Source: Camelus ferus (Eukaryota). From it: 64,000 bases of DNA. Below, in pieces: positions 63,550 to 64,000 of this stretch. The translations under genes were made by a program, and so were the position numbers. Every line of letters begins with the position of its first letter. Position 1 is the first letter of the stretch. The notes under the pieces were generated by a model. That model was not told the origin of the DNA. It ran no database searches and saw only the letters and a program-made list of their open reading frames with translations. The DNA is taken from positions 67,768,001 through 67,832,000 of the forward strand of contig NC_045696.1 in NCBI RefSeq assembly GCF_009834535.1, in the 5' to 3' direction.

Positions 63550-63749
63550 AGTAGTTCTAATCATTGGCTACATTATTAGAATCACCAAGGAAGCTTATCT
63601 AAATATGCTGATGCCAAAACTCTATCTGATACCAATGCATTTAGCATCTTGGGGATGAGGAAAGGGAATGGGGAAGAAGGCTCAGATGCCCGTATTCCTT
63701 TAAAACCCAGATAATTCCAACACGCAGCCAGAACTGAGAAACTCACTGG
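63550..63749. mobile_element. MER5B-like MITE
   Basis: cagtagttctaatcattggctacattattagaatcacc...gcagccagaactgagaaactcactg. Confidence 0.7.
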
Positions 63750-64000
63750 CCTTCATTTGGCCAAGCACTGCCCTGAAAAAAACATTTAACACCTGTTAAC
63801 TAGAAAGAATTGCCACCAAGATCTTTTCTACCTTTAAAGTCATAATGTATGAGACAAAAGCTCAAAATAAGGTTTTAAGTGATCGGCAAAGAAGTCTAGG
63901 TTGATGGAGACTTAACAACTAAATACTACTTCACAGCTTAAATTTCAGGTTCGAATGTTCTATCTGGACCTATGTCTTCTTCATACCCAATTTAAAAGAG

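Larger units (their letters stand above)
60815..64000 (-). other. LPP: LPP intron (3' end; begins beyond the window end)
   Basis: Ends in the pyrimidine tract and acceptor ttcctttctgcag at 60815. The upstream ATG-containing exon was not seen. Confidence 0.85.

Noticed and set aside
1..64000. CRISPR arrays, operons, prokaryotic or viral systems, processed pseudogenes, NUMTs, snoRNAs
   Set aside because: No repeat-spacer periodicity, no long ORFs and no recognisable homologies. The content is explained by a mammalian intronic landscape.

Overview
Mammalian genomic DNA, most likely camelid (alpaca/llama/camel), judged from a tRNA-Ala-derived vic-1-type SINE and the absence of any Alu, B1, Bov-B or PRE1 element I could recognise. 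The whole window lies inside the LPP gene (lipoma-preferred partner, zyxin family), transcribed on the minus strand. Two coding exons are readable with canonical splice sites: a 113-nt exon at 60814-60702 (two Ena/VASP-binding F(L)PPPP motifs) and a 123-nt exon at 31871-31749 (leucine-rich NES region). The supplied ORF track misses the second. They are separated by a 28,830-nt intron. The rest is intronic: decayed L1, L2, MIR, MLT1, LTR16, MER5 and MER47 elements, microsatellites and candidate enhancers. Apart from 60645..60833, which contains the 113-nt exon, the listed ORFs look spurious. I cannot support a wholly new biological system here. The best leads are: a consensus recursive-splice-site motif in mid-intron (49106/49105); a 293-nt pure-purine GAA-type tract; an orphan CpG-dense patch; a frame-preserving NES exon with a weak acceptor; two twin-primed (5'-inverted) L1 insertions; and one L1 with a double A-tail. 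Repeat subfamily names and boundaries are by eye from remembered consensus sequences and are approximate.
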